Shown here in pieces: positions 44,104-54,757 of a DNA stretch of 64,000 bases (its first letter is position 1; the number at the start of each line of letters is the position of its first letter). The position numbers were made by a program, and so were the translations under genes. The notes beneath the pieces were generated by a model. The model saw only the letters and a program-made list of their open reading frames with translations. It ran no database searches and had not been told where the DNA came from. Origin of the DNA: Candidatus Hydrogenedentota bacterium (GTDB lineage Bacteria > Hydrogenedentota > Hydrogenedentia > Hydrogenedentales > SLHB01); contig CAVUWV010000013.1 of assembly GCA_963745075.1 (NCBI GenBank), positions 128,001 to 192,000 of the forward strand. Reading direction: 5' to 3'.

Positions 44104-44220
44104 CGGACCAAGGACAGCCACGGACGGGCACAGACCTACACGGACACGGCGACCGTCATTGGAAAGTCTTATGGTCCGGGCCCGTCCGTGTGGGTTCGTG
44201 TAGGTCCGTGTAAGTCCATG
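44102..44220. repeat. Palindromic array of 10-bp-period units (CACGGAC left, GTCCGTG right)
   Basis: About 5 degenerate units on each arm around a ~25-bp spacer. Confidence 0.75.
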
Positions 44221-44278
44221 CAATTTCCCGAATGTCCGCTCCACACCGCGTGTTACAATAAGGAAGGAGCCGTTGCGA

Positions 44279-44623
44279 ATGACATTTGTCGTCACGGAAC
44301 CGTGCATTAAGTGCAAATATCTCGACTGCGTCGAGATTTGCCCGGTCATGTGTTTCCACGAAGGCGTGAACTTCGTGGTCATCGACCCCGACGAATGTAT
44401 TGACTGCGGTGCTTGCCTGGACCCCTGTCCGGTGCAGGCGATTTACCCAGATGGCGAGGTCCCGGAAAAGTGGCGCGAGTATACGCTGCTAAACAAGCAA
44501 CTGGCACGCGATTGGCCGGTCATTAGTACCAAGAAGGAGCCGCTGTCCACGGCGAAGGAATTCAAAGACACGGAGAATAAGCGCGAACTGCTCGACACCG
44601 CCCCCGGCGAGGGCGATCCGTAG
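44279..44623 (+). CDS. fdxA: 7Fe ferredoxin FdxA
   Basis: [42 protein letters not shown]. Confidence 0.92.
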   Translation: MTFVVTEPCIKCKYLDCVEICPVMCFHEGVNFVVIDPDECIDCGACLDPCPVQAIYPDGEVPEKWREYTLLNKQLARDWPVISTKKEPLSTAKEFKDTENKRELLDTAPGEGDP

Positions 44624-44721
44624 GACGAAGCGCGTTTCACGCGCGCCCCGGCATTCAAACCTGCGAGTATCCCGTGGAGGAGGCGGAGACGTCTGGCGCG
44701 CGCGAGAGGAGGCTGCGCACC

Positions 44722-45837
44722 ATGGCAACCACAACAAGCCTCAAAGAACGCCTCTACGAAACCACCATCCCTGCGGCGCCCGAACTCGTGCTTCCCGAGA
44801 AAGACGGCGCCCTGCGCTGCGTTGCGTGCGGCCATCGCTGTTTCATTAAGGACGGTCGAGCCGGGATCTGCCGGGTGCGATTCAATCAGGGGGGCGAACT
44901 CCGCGTGCCCGGCGGGTACGTCGGCGGGCTCCAGGTCGATCCCATCGAGAAGAAGCCCTTCTTCCATGCCTTTCCTGGACGCGACGCGCTGTCCTTCGGG
45001 ATGTTGGGGTGCGATTTTCACTGCGGCTACTGTCAGAATTGGGTGACCAGCCAGGCCCTCCGCGACGACGACGCGGTCGCGTCGACCCAGATGTGCACGG
45101 CGGATGAACTGGTGAACCACGCCAAACGGCAAGGCGCGCCGGTGGTCGTCAGCACCTACAACGAGCCGCTCATCACCTCCGAGTGGGCGGTTGACGTGTT
45201 CAAAGTCGCCCGGGAGAACGGCCTCACTTGCGGGTACGTCAGCAACGGAAACGGCACCCCCGAAGTGCTCGAATACATCCGGCCCTACGTCGACCTCTAT
45301 AAGGTCGATCTCAAGAGTTTCAACGACAAGGCCTACCGGAAGCTCGGCGGCGTGTTGAAGAACGTCCTCGAAACCATTGAACGATTGAAAGCCATGGGAT
45401 TCTGGGTCGAAATCGTCACGCTTATCGTGCCCGGCTTCAACGACGACGAAAACGAACTGCGTGAGATGGCCAAGTTCATTGCCGGTGTGTCTCCCGACAT
45501 CCCGTGGCACGTGACCGCCTTTCATCCCGATTACAAAATGGTCGAACCGCCCCGTACGACGAGTAAGAATCTTGACGTTGCGTACCAATTAGGCAAGGAA
45601 CAAGGACTCCATTTCATTTACCCCGGCAACTTGCATGGCGGCGTCGGTGATCGGGAAAACACCTTCTGTCCGAACTGCGACGCGACCCTCATCCGCCGTC
45701 ACGGGTTCTACGTCATCGAAAACCGCATGGTCGCCGGAAACTGTCCCGACTGCGGCTCCGCCATCCCCGGCGTCTGGGAGGAAAAGGCCCCTCGAACCAG
45801 CGACGGCGACGGTTTCCCTCGGGCGCTAAGGGTTTGA
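44722..45837 (+). CDS. amrS: AmmeMemoRadiSam system radical SAM enzyme
   Basis: N-terminal CxxCxxxC, DPIEKKPFFH, CDFHCGYCQNW, TYNEP, HVTAFHPDY, NTFCPNC. Confidence 0.9.
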   Translation: MATTTSLKERLYETTIPAAPELVLPEKDGALRCVACGHRCFIKDGRAGICRVRFNQGGELRVPGGYVGGLQVDPIEKKPFFHAFPGRDALSFGMLGCDFHCGYCQNWVTSQALRDDDAVASTQMCTADELVNHAKRQGAPVVVSTYNEPLITSEWAVDVFKVARENGLTCGYVSNGNGTPEVLEYIRPYVDLYKVDLKSFNDKAYRKLGGVLKNVLETIERLKAMGFWVEIVTLIVPGFNDDENELREMAKFIAGVSPDIPWHVTAFHPDYKMVEPPRTTSKNLDVAYQLGKEQGLHFIYPGNLHGGVGDRENTFCPNCDATLIRRHGFYVIENRMVAGNCPDCGSAIPGVWEEKAPRTSDGDGFPRALRV

Positions 45838-45879
45838 AAAGCGAGGCGCAGACGCCGCGGCGAAGTCCAAGCACGTAAA

Positions 45880-45912
45880 ACTCGGGCGGAGCGTTTTTCG
45901 CTTCGCCCGAGT
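45880..45912 (-). terminator. Intrinsic terminator between convergent genes
   Basis: ACTCGGGCGGAGCG / CGCTTCGCCCGAGT stem with a preceding A-run. Confidence 0.65.
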
Positions 45913-45946
45913 GCTAGTCGTTTCGAATCAGTCTACGGGTCGGCGT

Positions 45947-46264
45947 CTACAGGCCGACATACTTCACGTTGATTCGATGCGCCCAAAGTACGCCGTCTTC
46001 GTCCACGATGCCACATGCGACGACGGTCATGCCGACTTCGAGTGCGTCTAACGCGACAACCTCTTCACCAAGCCAGATGACCGTGGAGGGTGTGACCTGT
46101 ACCGTCACTTCACCCACCACGAGCTGTTGAGCATCGATATCGATGCCCGCCACAAGACCTTCCACGCGCGAGGCTTTTGCATTCGAGCTGGGGCCTGTCG
46201 CAACCGCAACCGTAGCGAAGACCAGTATCACAGCCAAGAATACCAACGACAGTCTACTTTTCAT
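45947..46264 (-). CDS. Small secreted DUF5666-like protein
   Basis: Signal peptide; VEGLVAGID..LVVGEVTVQVTPST..LEVGMTV..G; GGAGGT RBS. Confidence 0.7.
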   Translation of the reverse strand: MKSRLSLVFLAVILVFATVAVATGPSSNAKASRVEGLVAGIDIDAQQLVVGEVTVQVTPSTVIWLGEEVVALDALEVGMTVVACGIVDEDGVLWAHRINVKYVGL

Positions 46265-46539
46265 GGACGGACCTCCTCTTGTTGATTGGCTCCCTGCAAC
46301 AAGGCCCGATGGCTCACACACCGCCATGCCCCCGCGCATGCCCAACCGGACTTACCGCGAACGCTCGCGGACGTTACATACTTATTACATGCCGGTTTCT
46401 GACTTGCGAAATCTGATAGATTGGCGCAAACCGACATTCACTTTCGCGCGTTATATTGCCGATACTCGTGCCGTTCGATTAGGCTCTATCTTTGTAAGTT
46501 TCACCAACCGGTACGCGAAATGAAAGGTCAACACTCCAC

Positions 46540-48022
46540 GTGGCCAAGAAAAGAAACGTCCTTCTTATCATCGCCGATCAGTTCCGTTGGGACTGCCTCG
46601 GCGCGGCGGGGAACGCGGTCATCCGAACACCGAACCTCGACGCCCTCGCGGCGGATGGTGCCCTGTTTACCAAATGCTTCTGCCAGACTGCTCCGTGTGG
46701 ACCGAGCCGGATGTCCATTTTCACGAGCCGGTACCTGTGCTCGACGCGAACCGTGAACAACATGACGCCGCTCGTCGACGCGGAAGACAACGTGGCATGG
46801 TTCGTGAAGCGTGCGGGGTACGCGACGGGGATGTTCGGGTACAACGATTACGCTATTGACCCGCACACGTTGCCCGACGGCGATCCACGCAAAACGTCAC
46901 TCCGGTACGACAACGCCTTTCCCGGTTTCGACTACGTTTACCAGCATGAGTATCACTCACCCGCCTACTTCGAACACCTACGGGCAAAAGGCTATCCCGA
47001 GGAACTGTGCGGCCCGGCGATTTGCACGACCTACAACGTTCCCCGGGAGGGTCCGGGCGATCACTTGCCGTTGCGGTACCCGGCCCACTATCGCGCCGAG
47101 GATAGCGAATGCCAATTCCTGACGAATCAAGTCTGCGACTGGATTCGGGCTAATGGCAGCGGCTGGTTTGCGAACGTGAATTTCATCAAACCGCATCCGC
47201 CGCGAATCTGTCCCGCCCCGTATCACGAGATGTATGATCCCGCGGACATGCCCGCGCCCAATCGCAGCGAAGATGAACTGATGGACCCGCATCCTTACCT
47301 TCGTGCCGTGCGACCACGAGCCAGCGCTACGAAGCGAGCGGGATTTGCGCGAGACCCGCGCCTGCTACTACGGCATGATCTCCGAGATCGACGCCTGCAT
47401 CGGCCGGCTCATTGCAACCCTGAAGGAAACCAGCCAGTGGGACGACACGCTGATTATTTTCACTTCCGATCACGGCGAGTACCTGGGCGATCACTTTTTC
47501 ATGGATAAGGCCCACTTCTACGACGAGACCATGCGCGTGCCGCTCATCATTCGCGATCCCTCGTCCGAGGCGGATGCCACGCGCGGCCAACGGCTCGAAC
47601 GCTTTGTCGAATCGATCGACATCGCCCCGACCGTGTTGGAGTACCTGGGCCAAACCCTACCGGATCGTTTGCAGGGAAGAAGCGTGCTACCGCAGCTGCG
47701 CAACGAGGGCGAGGGGACCTCACGAGAAGCGGTGCACTTTGAATACGACTTCCGCGGGCATTTCGGGGGTGAACCCAACGTGGACCCCGATGAATGCATC
47801 CTGTGGGTACTGCGCGATGACCGGTACAAATACGTGCAATTCGGTTCCGAAGCGTTGCCTCCGCTCCTGTTCGACCTGGAAGGAGACCCCGGCGAGCACC
47901 ACAACCTCGCGCTGGATCCTGCGCATGCCGCAACCGTCGCAACCTACGCGCAAAGAATGCTCCGTTGGCGTATGAAACACGAAGACCAACGCATGGAACA
48001 CTGGGCTTCGCAATTCAGATGA
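46540..48022 (+). CDS. Sulfatase/phosphonate monoester hydrolase family; frameshift near 47310
   Basis: IIADQFR, TPNLDALA, CGPSR (formylglycine motif), PHPP, FTSDHGEYLGDH. Confidence 0.88.
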
Positions 48023-48061
48023 TCCGATCACGCGCAGCGGTAACCGATCACCCCAATCGAG

Positions 48062-48866
48062 TCAGTCTTTGCGCTGCGGCAGGGATTCGACAATCTCGCG
48101 CAAGGTTGCGGCGTCGCGCTCGAACTTCGCCGGGAGATCGTCCTGGACGAACTCGATAAGCGCCGTATGATCGCGCTTGGTCCGAGCCAGTCTGCCCAGG
48201 TAATGCCTCCAATCGTTTTGCCCGTCCGCAAGAGGCAGGCGTCGACCCTTGACCCAATGGAACACGTGCACGTTGCTCACGTAGTCTATGATTTCATCAA
48301 GGCCTTCCAACTGTTCGTCGTGGAGCAAGCGGGGGTCCGGTTGCCAGTAGGTGTACACGTTATCCCGTTCGATCGATTCCATGAGGCGCCTGCTGCTCTT
48401 GCCGGAATCATTCAGGGTGTTTGCCTGGAATTCGAAGGAAAGGGAAAGCCCCGCCGACCGTGCCAAGTCCGCGATTCGCTGGGTCTCGTCGATGACCTTT
48501 CGCACAACATAATCGCGGGCGGACTTGGAACCCGTTTCCCCGGCGAACACCCGTATGACTTTCGCACCGAGCGCGACGGCCGTGTCCATGACCTTCTGGA
48601 ACGGCATGGAGGACGCCTCGTAACCGACGCGGTAGTAGGAACCGTATGCGGCGACGATCAGACCCTCGGTCGCGTGTGGTTTTTCCGACATTATCGGCGG
48701 TTTTAATTCTGCCCGCCGGAACGTGAGTATCGCCCGACCATTCAATACCGTCAACGCCTGCTGTTGCCGCAATACGCACAATATCGGAGGGAGACATAGT
48801 TCGGAATGTAACGGATGTTAGACCGGTTTGAATCAAATCACGGCACCACACTTTTTGGGCGGCCAC
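48062..48866 (-). CDS. Sugar phosphate isomerase/epimerase (TIM barrel); frameshift near 48690
   Basis: GLTSVTFR, GIEWSGDTHVP, YGSYYR, YTYWQP, NVHVFHW. Confidence 0.8.
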
Positions 48867-49037
48867 GGTCTGAAATCCCTAGCCGCGATCCCCTTAGAAA
48901 CGTCTCGAAAGCACGGGTCCACGTCGGGAGGGAACGCATCGTACACCCCTCCGACACTATACGCTGTCCAATAATCCCATAAATTCCTGCCAAATGCAAG
49001 AAATACTGATAAAAAGATTAAACCCAGCCTCGGTTGC

Positions 49038-50264
49038 CTATTGTGCGGAGGGGGTGTCCTGGGTCGGGTCAAACTCGGTGATGGCGCCTTGGATCTTTAC
49101 GGAAAGGTCCAGCAAGTCGGGCTGCGACGGGTTCGGTCCCAACAGGTCGTCCAACCCTTCGGTGCTTCCTCCGCCGAGCAGTCCTTGGCCCAACTGGCCG
49201 AGCATCTTCGTTGCGTCACCCAAGACGGAACCGATGTTCATGAGCAGATCTAAATCGATTACGGTATGCACCAGTTCGCCGTTCGCAACGTCGAAATAGA
49301 CGGTATTGGTGCCGGTAAGGTCAAACAACGGGAGAGAAAACTGTGTCGCGGGACCCATCGCACCTTCCGGCGAGTCCAGGGTGCCGTCCGATTGGTTGGC
49401 GCCGAAATCCTGCTGAATCACCGCGCAATACCGGTCTCCGACGTACTCGTAGCCGACGAGCGTATTGACGATACGCGTATCGACCGCTTGTCCAAACCCC
49501 GGCACCGGCATTTGGATGCGCGACTCCCATTTCCCGGAATCGGGGATGCCTTCTTCCGGGAATTCGACGCGCGACAGTGCAGGAATCGCTTTCAACATGC
49601 CCGCCATACCGGTTTGGCCCCCCACATCAAGGACTTGGCCGTTCGGGGCGACCCGCATGGTGATCGGCTGGTCGAAGAACTTGATTTGGGGCACTTCATT
49701 GAGCTTGGCGCCCTGGTCCGTATCCAGGGTCTGTTTGCCGTCGTACATGAAGGTTCGCTCGGGCGTATAGCCCATCTCGAAGGGGCTTCCCAGGAAATTG
49801 CCGTTCAATTGGGCATCGTCAAAGACCAGGCGCAAGTCCGCCACCCCGCGGTCGTCCACGTCCTTGGTGTACAAGCTGAAATCCGAGTCGAAGTCCAGGT
49901 ACACATCGGAAATTTCCCCGGTGTCCGCCCCCTTACCCGATATCGTGGTATCCAACCGGTAGTGTTTCACCTCCTCCGGCGTGAACTGGAAGTGAAACGG
50001 TCCCTCCGGGAATTCCGTGGGTTCGGTCGCAGCCTGTTGCCCTGCCAATGGAGCGGAGTTTTCGTCCGTCGGAGCGGCCGTGGCGGCGGAAGTCGGCAGC
50101 GCGCGATCGGGCCGTGCGACCTGTTGCGGTGCGTCGACCGGCACGATCCGGTACCGGCTGGAGAACCAGACCCCAACGCAGAACCCCACGACCAGGAGAA
50201 TCAGAAACAGGACAAACCAAGCGGCGTACCGCCACGGAGATGGATTCTTGGTGGGCGCTGGCAT
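49038..50264 (-). CDS. Membrane-anchored hypothetical protein with beta-rich acidic domain
   Basis: N-terminal TM helix, Pro/Ala linker; GGAG RBS. Confidence 0.6.
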   Translation of the reverse strand: MPAPTKNPSPWRYAAWFVLFLILLVVGFCVGVWFSSRYRIVPVDAPQQVARPDRALPTSAATAAPTDENSAPLAGQQAATEPTEFPEGPFHFQFTPEEVKHYRLDTTISGKGADTGEISDVYLDFDSDFSLYTKDVDDRGVADLRLVFDDAQLNGNFLGSPFEMGYTPERTFMYDGKQTLDTDQGAKLNEVPQIKFFDQPITMRVAPNGQVLDVGGQTGMAGMLKAIPALSRVEFPEEGIPDSGKWESRIQMPVPGFGQAVDTRIVNTLVGYEYVGDRYCAVIQQDFGANQSDGTLDSPEGAMGPATQFSLPLFDLTGTNTVYFDVANGELVHTVIDLDLLMNIGSVLGDATKMLGQLGQGLLGGGSTEGLDDLLGPNPSQPDLLDLSVKIQGAITEFDPTQDTPSAQ

Positions 50265-50537
50265 ACGTACTCCTTGCTACTTCCTTAACTGTACCACGTT
50301 GAACGCCTTTTCGGCAGCATTCAAGGTATCGAACCGCGTCGCATGAATCTCTTGACAGAACTCTCCGGGGCTGTTCGAACCTTCCTGCAACACGATGGTG
50401 CTCTCATGCGGCTCTTCGGCGCGATGGCCCTGGCGATTCGTGGCGGATTGGGCAAATGCCGCGCGTATGTGTGTATAATACGTGGAAGAATGCAAGGTTC
50501 CCAGACGCGGCGATTCGCCGGAACCAAGAGTGAACGC

Positions 50538-51935
50538 ATGACTACGAATCAAACCGCTGAATCCATCCGTGTAACGCCTGAGTTGTTGCGTCGTTACGAC
50601 CGGCCCGGTCCGCGGTATACGAGCTATCCCACGGCCCCGGTTTGGCAGCACGAATTCGGCGATGCCGAGTACCGGAAGGCATTGGCCGAAGCGGCGTCCC
50701 GGCCGGACGACCCGCTATCGATCTACATTCACGTGCCATTCTGCCAGGAACGCTGCGCCTTCTGTGGATGCAACGTTATCATCTCGAAGAAGGAGGGCGT
50801 GGCGGACATCTACCTCGACCACGTGGAAATGGAATTGACCATGGCGGCCGAAGCGCTGGGGGACCGGCGTCACGTTCGTCAGATGCATTGGGGCGGCGGC
50901 ACACCGACCTTCCTTCATCTCGACCAAATCGAGCGGTTATTCAAGGCCGTGAACGATCGGTTCACGATCGCTCCCGACGCGGAAATCGCCCTCGAGATGG
51001 ACCCGCGGGTCACGACGAAAGAGCAGGTCGAATTGCTGCGGCGTCTCGGGTTCAACCGCGCGAGTATGGGCGTGCAGGATCTGGACCCCGAAGTTCAATG
51101 CGAGATTCATCGCTTCCAGACCGAGGAACAAACGCGCACCCTGTTCCGCGTGTGCCGCGAAGCGGGTTTTGACGGCGTCAACATGGACCTGATCTACGGG
51201 CTGCCGGGACAGTCGGTCGAAGGGTGGTCCGAGACTGTGGACAAGGTCATCGACATCGGGCCGGATCGACTCGCCGTATACAGCTACGCCTATCTCCCGG
51301 ACAAACTGCACAATCAGCGCCACATCGAACGGGAGAAACTTCCCGATGCTGACCGCAAGCTCGAACTCTTTACCATCGCCCGCGAGAAGTTCACGAAGGC
51401 CGGGTACCGGGCCATCGGGATGGACCACTTCGCCAAACCCGGCGACGAACTCTCCATCGCCATGGACGAACGCCGGTTGCGCCGCAATTTCATGGGCTAT
51501 ACGGTCGTGCCTGCAACCGACATGCTCGGCATCGGCACCTCGGCCATCGGTGAGATCGGCGGATGCTACGCGCAGAACGAGAAGAAGCTGTCCCGGTACT
51601 ACCAGGCCCTGGACGCGGGCAAATTCGCGACATCGTGCGGTTTCGCACTAACGAAGGACGATGCGATTCGCAGTTACGCCATTCGAGAGCTGATGTGCAA
51701 TTTCTATCTAGACTTTTCGGAACTGGAATCGCGATTTGGAATCTCGTTTGACGAGTATTTCGCGCAGGAGCAACCCGCGCTCGAATCCTTGTATGCTGAC
51801 GAATTCGTCGTCCGCGAAGACGGCGCGCTCTGCGTGCTTCCGCTTGGTCAGATCTTTATCCGCAATGTTGCCATGGTTTTCGACGCCCACCTCAAGAAAG
51901 CCGAAGCCAAAACCCAATTCTCTCGAACGGTGTGA
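50538..51935 (+). CDS. hemN: Oxygen-independent coproporphyrinogen III oxidase
   Basis: GPRYTSYPTA, YIHVPFCQERCAFCGC, HWGGGTPT, IGMDHF, RNFMGY, FSRTV. Confidence 0.96.
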   Translation: MTTNQTAESIRVTPELLRRYDRPGPRYTSYPTAPVWQHEFGDAEYRKALAEAASRPDDPLSIYIHVPFCQERCAFCGCNVIISKKEGVADIYLDHVEMELTMAAEALGDRRHVRQMHWGGGTPTFLHLDQIERLFKAVNDRFTIAPDAEIALEMDPRVTTKEQVELLRRLGFNRASMGVQDLDPEVQCEIHRFQTEEQTRTLFRVCREAGFDGVNMDLIYGLPGQSVEGWSETVDKVIDIGPDRLAVYSYAYLPDKLHNQRHIEREKLPDADRKLELFTIAREKFTKAGYRAIGMDHFAKPGDELSIAMDERRLRRNFMGYTVVPATDMLGIGTSAIGEIGGCYAQNEKKLSRYYQALDAGKFATSCGFALTKDDAIRSYAIRELMCNFYLDFSELESRFGISFDEYFAQEQPALESLYADEFVVREDGALCVLPLGQIFIRNVAMVFDAHLKKAEAKTQFSRTV

Positions 51936-53305
51936 TGCATCACGAAACAAAGATTGCCGTGCTTGGCGGCGGAGTGACCGGACTGTGCACGGCCCACTAC
52001 CTGGCGAAGGCCTATGGCCGTGATGCGGTATTGCTGCTGGAAGCGTCAGACTACGTCGGCGGTACCACGCGGACCGACGCGGTCGACGGGTTTCTCCTCG
52101 ACTGGGGTCCGAACGGGTTCTTGGATCGCGAGCCCCTCACGTTAGAGTGGGTGGAAGAACTGGGGCTGACCGGTCAACTGGTCCGCGCCGATGAATCGGC
52201 CGCGCGCCGCTTCATCATGAAGAACGACAAACTCGTCGAGATCCTGCCCCCGCCGAAATTCTTATTGACGTCGCTGTTGTCGCTTCCCGGCCGGGCACGA
52301 CTCATGTGCGAACCGCTGATTCGGGGAAAGAAGGACGATACGCCGGAAACGATCTGGGACTTCGCCGCACGTCGCATCGGCAAGGAGGCCGCCGATACCC
52401 TCGTCGGTCCCATGGTCAGCGGCGTATTCGGCGGTGACGCCAAACAGCTTTCACTGGCGCATTGCTTTCCCCGCATGGCCGCCATGGAGCGGGATTACGG
52501 CAGTCTACTCAAAGCGCTGATCGCGAAGAAGAAAGAAAACAGCGCCGCCAGTCCCGTCGGGCCCAGCGGCGTGTTGACGTCGTTTCAAGACGGCATCGGG
52601 TACTTGCCGGAACAGGCCGCGGCGCAACTCGGCGATCGTGCCCTGGCGAATATGCGCGCAACGTCGCTCGCGAAGGCGAACGGCTCGTATCAAATCCGGT
52701 GCGAAGACGGCACGACCGTGGATGCGCAGGCCGTGGTCGTGGCGACACCGGCCTTTACAGCATCCGGGATCGTTGCCGACCTCGATCCGGCGCTCGCGAA
52801 GACGCTCGATGCGGTGGCCTACGCGAACATCGCCGTCGTGTGCACGGCCTTTCCCCGCGACGCGGTGGGGCACGATCTGGACGGGTTCGGGTTCCTCGTC
52901 CCGCGGACGCAGCAAAAGCGTATCCTCGGGTGTCTGTGGACGTCCTCGATCTTCCCCCATCAGGCACCGGAAGGCCACGTGCTGTTGCGCACCATGATTG
53001 GCGGATACACCGATCCCGACGCCATCGATTTGACCGATGGACAATTCATGGATTTGCTGCGGCGCGAGTTATACCCCCTGCTGCAAATCGAAGGCGAGCC
53101 GGAACTCCTGAGCGTCTTCCGGCATCGGCGCGGAATCCCCCAATACCTGCTGCACCACGGCGATTGCCTCGCCAACGTGGAAGCAGCAGAAGCGGCACAC
53201 CAAGGGCTTGTTTTCGCGGGCAATGCCTATCGCGGGGTGGGACTCAACGATTGCGTCGTCTCGGCCCAACGGGCCGTCCGTCAGGTATCCGCCGCCTTGG
53301 CTTGA
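51932..53305 (+). CDS. hemY: HemY-type proto/coproporphyrinogen oxidase
   Basis: GGGVTGL, GPNGF, GFGFLVP, GNAYRGVGLNDC. Confidence 0.93.
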   Translation: MMHHETKIAVLGGGVTGLCTAHYLAKAYGRDAVLLLEASDYVGGTTRTDAVDGFLLDWGPNGFLDREPLTLEWVEELGLTGQLVRADESAARRFIMKNDKLVEILPPPKFLLTSLLSLPGRARLMCEPLIRGKKDDTPETIWDFAARRIGKEAADTLVGPMVSGVFGGDAKQLSLAHCFPRMAAMERDYGSLLKALIAKKKENSAASPVGPSGVLTSFQDGIGYLPEQAAAQLGDRALANMRATSLAKANGSYQIRCEDGTTVDAQAVVVATPAFTASGIVADLDPALAKTLDAVAYANIAVVCTAFPRDAVGHDLDGFGFLVPRTQQKRILGCLWTSSIFPHQAPEGHVLLRTMIGGYTDPDAIDLTDGQFMDLLRRELYPLLQIEGEPELLSVFRHRRGIPQYLLHHGDCLANVEAAEAAHQGLVFAGNAYRGVGLNDCVVSAQRAVRQVSAALA

Positions 53306-53769
53306 ACCGGCTCGCCGGGTATTTGGTCTTCCCGAAGACGGCCGTCTCCCAGCAATTGCAGCATGACATCGCCGTCTTCCAGCAAATCCACCAGCGTGTA
53401 TCGGTCCAGAACTTCGAAGAAGGCCTTGTTCGCTTCAATCAGAATATCTTTCAGCGAACAGGCCGGCGTAATGGGGCAGGTGTCGTGTTCGGGATCAAGA
53501 CATTCCACCAGGTGAAAATTCGGTTCCACCTTGCGCACGACTTCTCCCAAGCCGATTAGTTCCGGAGATTGGGCCAGTTCCAAACCGCCGCCTTTTCCCT
53601 GCATCGATCTGACGTATCCGAGATGCACGAGATTATTGGCGACCTTGCTGAGATGGTTACGGGATATGCCGAACCGTTCCGCGATTTCCGCGATGGTTGC
53701 GGCCCGTTGCGAAGCCCCCAGAAAGACCAGGGTTCGCAACGAATAGTCCGTATAAAGTGTCAACTGCAT
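53281..53769 (-). CDS. nsrR: Rrf2 family regulator, NsrR-like
   Basis: MQLTLYTDYSLRTL, ISRNHLSKV, GKGGGL, three Cys (EC..TC..AC). Confidence 0.85.
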   Translation of the reverse strand: MQLTLYTDYSLRTLVFLGASQRAATIAEIAERFGISRNHLSKVANNLVHLGYVRSMQGKGGGLELAQSPELIGLGEVVRKVEPNFHLVECLDPEHDTCPITPACSLKDILIEANKAFFEVLDRYTLVDLLEDGDVMLQLLGDGRLREDQIPGEPVQAKAADT

Positions 53770-53828
53770 GGTACTGCCCCCCAATGCCCGGCTTCGACCG
53801 GCATCCCCCAATGGCATTGTATTACGAC

Positions 53829-53874
53829 TTGACAATTCTTCACAACAAATCATAACAGGTATTTTTAATGCATG
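53829..53874 (+). promoter_or_regulatory. NsrR-like box with an adjacent -35 TTGACA
   Basis: cAGGTAT-TTTTA-ATGCATg (53856-53874) against the consensus gATGyAT-N5-ATrCATc; TTGACA at 53829. Confidence 0.6.
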
Positions 53875-54053
53875 GTATCCTTCGACTGATGGCCGGTCCG
53901 GGTCGTATGTAGCACGGACTTCACGAAGTTAGTAGGTCAAGGCAAACGACACACGTGCCACGCGAGAAGCCGGCATCTCTGTCTCCGCCTTGTCGGCGTC
54001 AGAGGTTGCGGGAACCGCGATTAGTCTCCTGTGCCGAATGGCCCACTGTTACG

Positions 54054-54452
54054 TCATAGCTCGCCACCCGCCTTCACCGGGATCGGCCGGGGGATGACGG
54101 TGAGCGCGGCGTCGTCGTTGGTGACGGTGAACACGAAGGTGCGCCCGCCGGAGAAGAGGACATTGTCGAATTCATACTGGTCGTCCGGAGCGGGCCGGTC
54201 GACGACGATCAGCACATCGAGCCGCGCAGTTTCGATATCGCCGAAAGCGCGGGACGCCCCAGGCGTGAGATCTTCCGGAAGCCAGTTCCCGCTCCACACC
54301 GGGTCCCCCGTGTACACGACCCGGAGTTCCGTGACGAGGTCGTCGGACTCGTTCACGATCCGCAGCGTATTGTCACGCAACGGACACCCCGTACCTCCCA
54401 GTAACACAACGACACACATAAACACCATCGCAGCGGCACACAAACCTCGCAT
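54054..54452 (-). CDS. Putative lipoprotein
   Basis: GGAGGT RBS; hydrophobic signal ending GTGCP. Confidence 0.65.
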   Translation of the reverse strand: MRGLCAAAMVFMCVVVLLGGTGCPLRDNTLRIVNESDDLVTELRVVYTGDPVWSGNWLPEDLTPGASRAFGDIETARLDVLIVVDRPAPDDQYEFDNVLFSGGRTFVFTVTNDDAALTVIPRPIPVKAGGEL

Positions 54453-54757
54453 GACATACCTCCCGGAACGGACGGACCGCTCCCGCCAATGGCTACTGGA
54501 CACACTACGGTTGAATCGAACGAATGGACGGCATCATGGATGGTTCCCCCGAAACCGCGGCTTGAGTCCCCACTTCAAGCACCTCCGGTAACGCAATAAA
54601 CCTCACGCAGTACTATTGCGCCGATACCTACCACGGTACCACGATTCGGACGGGCGCGCAATACTGGGTAAAAAGGCGCTCTTCTCCGTCCCTCTCTTTC
54701 CTGTGCCGTGCCAAAACGCATACAATCGTCCCAAACGTCACAACAGGGGAGCGACTC

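Noticed and set aside
44102..44220. CRISPR array
   Set aside because: Units are 10 bp with no unique spacers, and no cas genes occur in the window.
44722..45837. Radical SAM as a RiPP maturase for the small peptides
   Set aside because: Motifs match the widespread AmrS family; it has no SPASM or RRE domain and lies 6 kb away.
53935..54020. c-di-GMP-I riboswitch (GGCAAAC seen)
   Set aside because: No GAAA-capped P2 stem and no GCAAAGC or TAA receptor elements.
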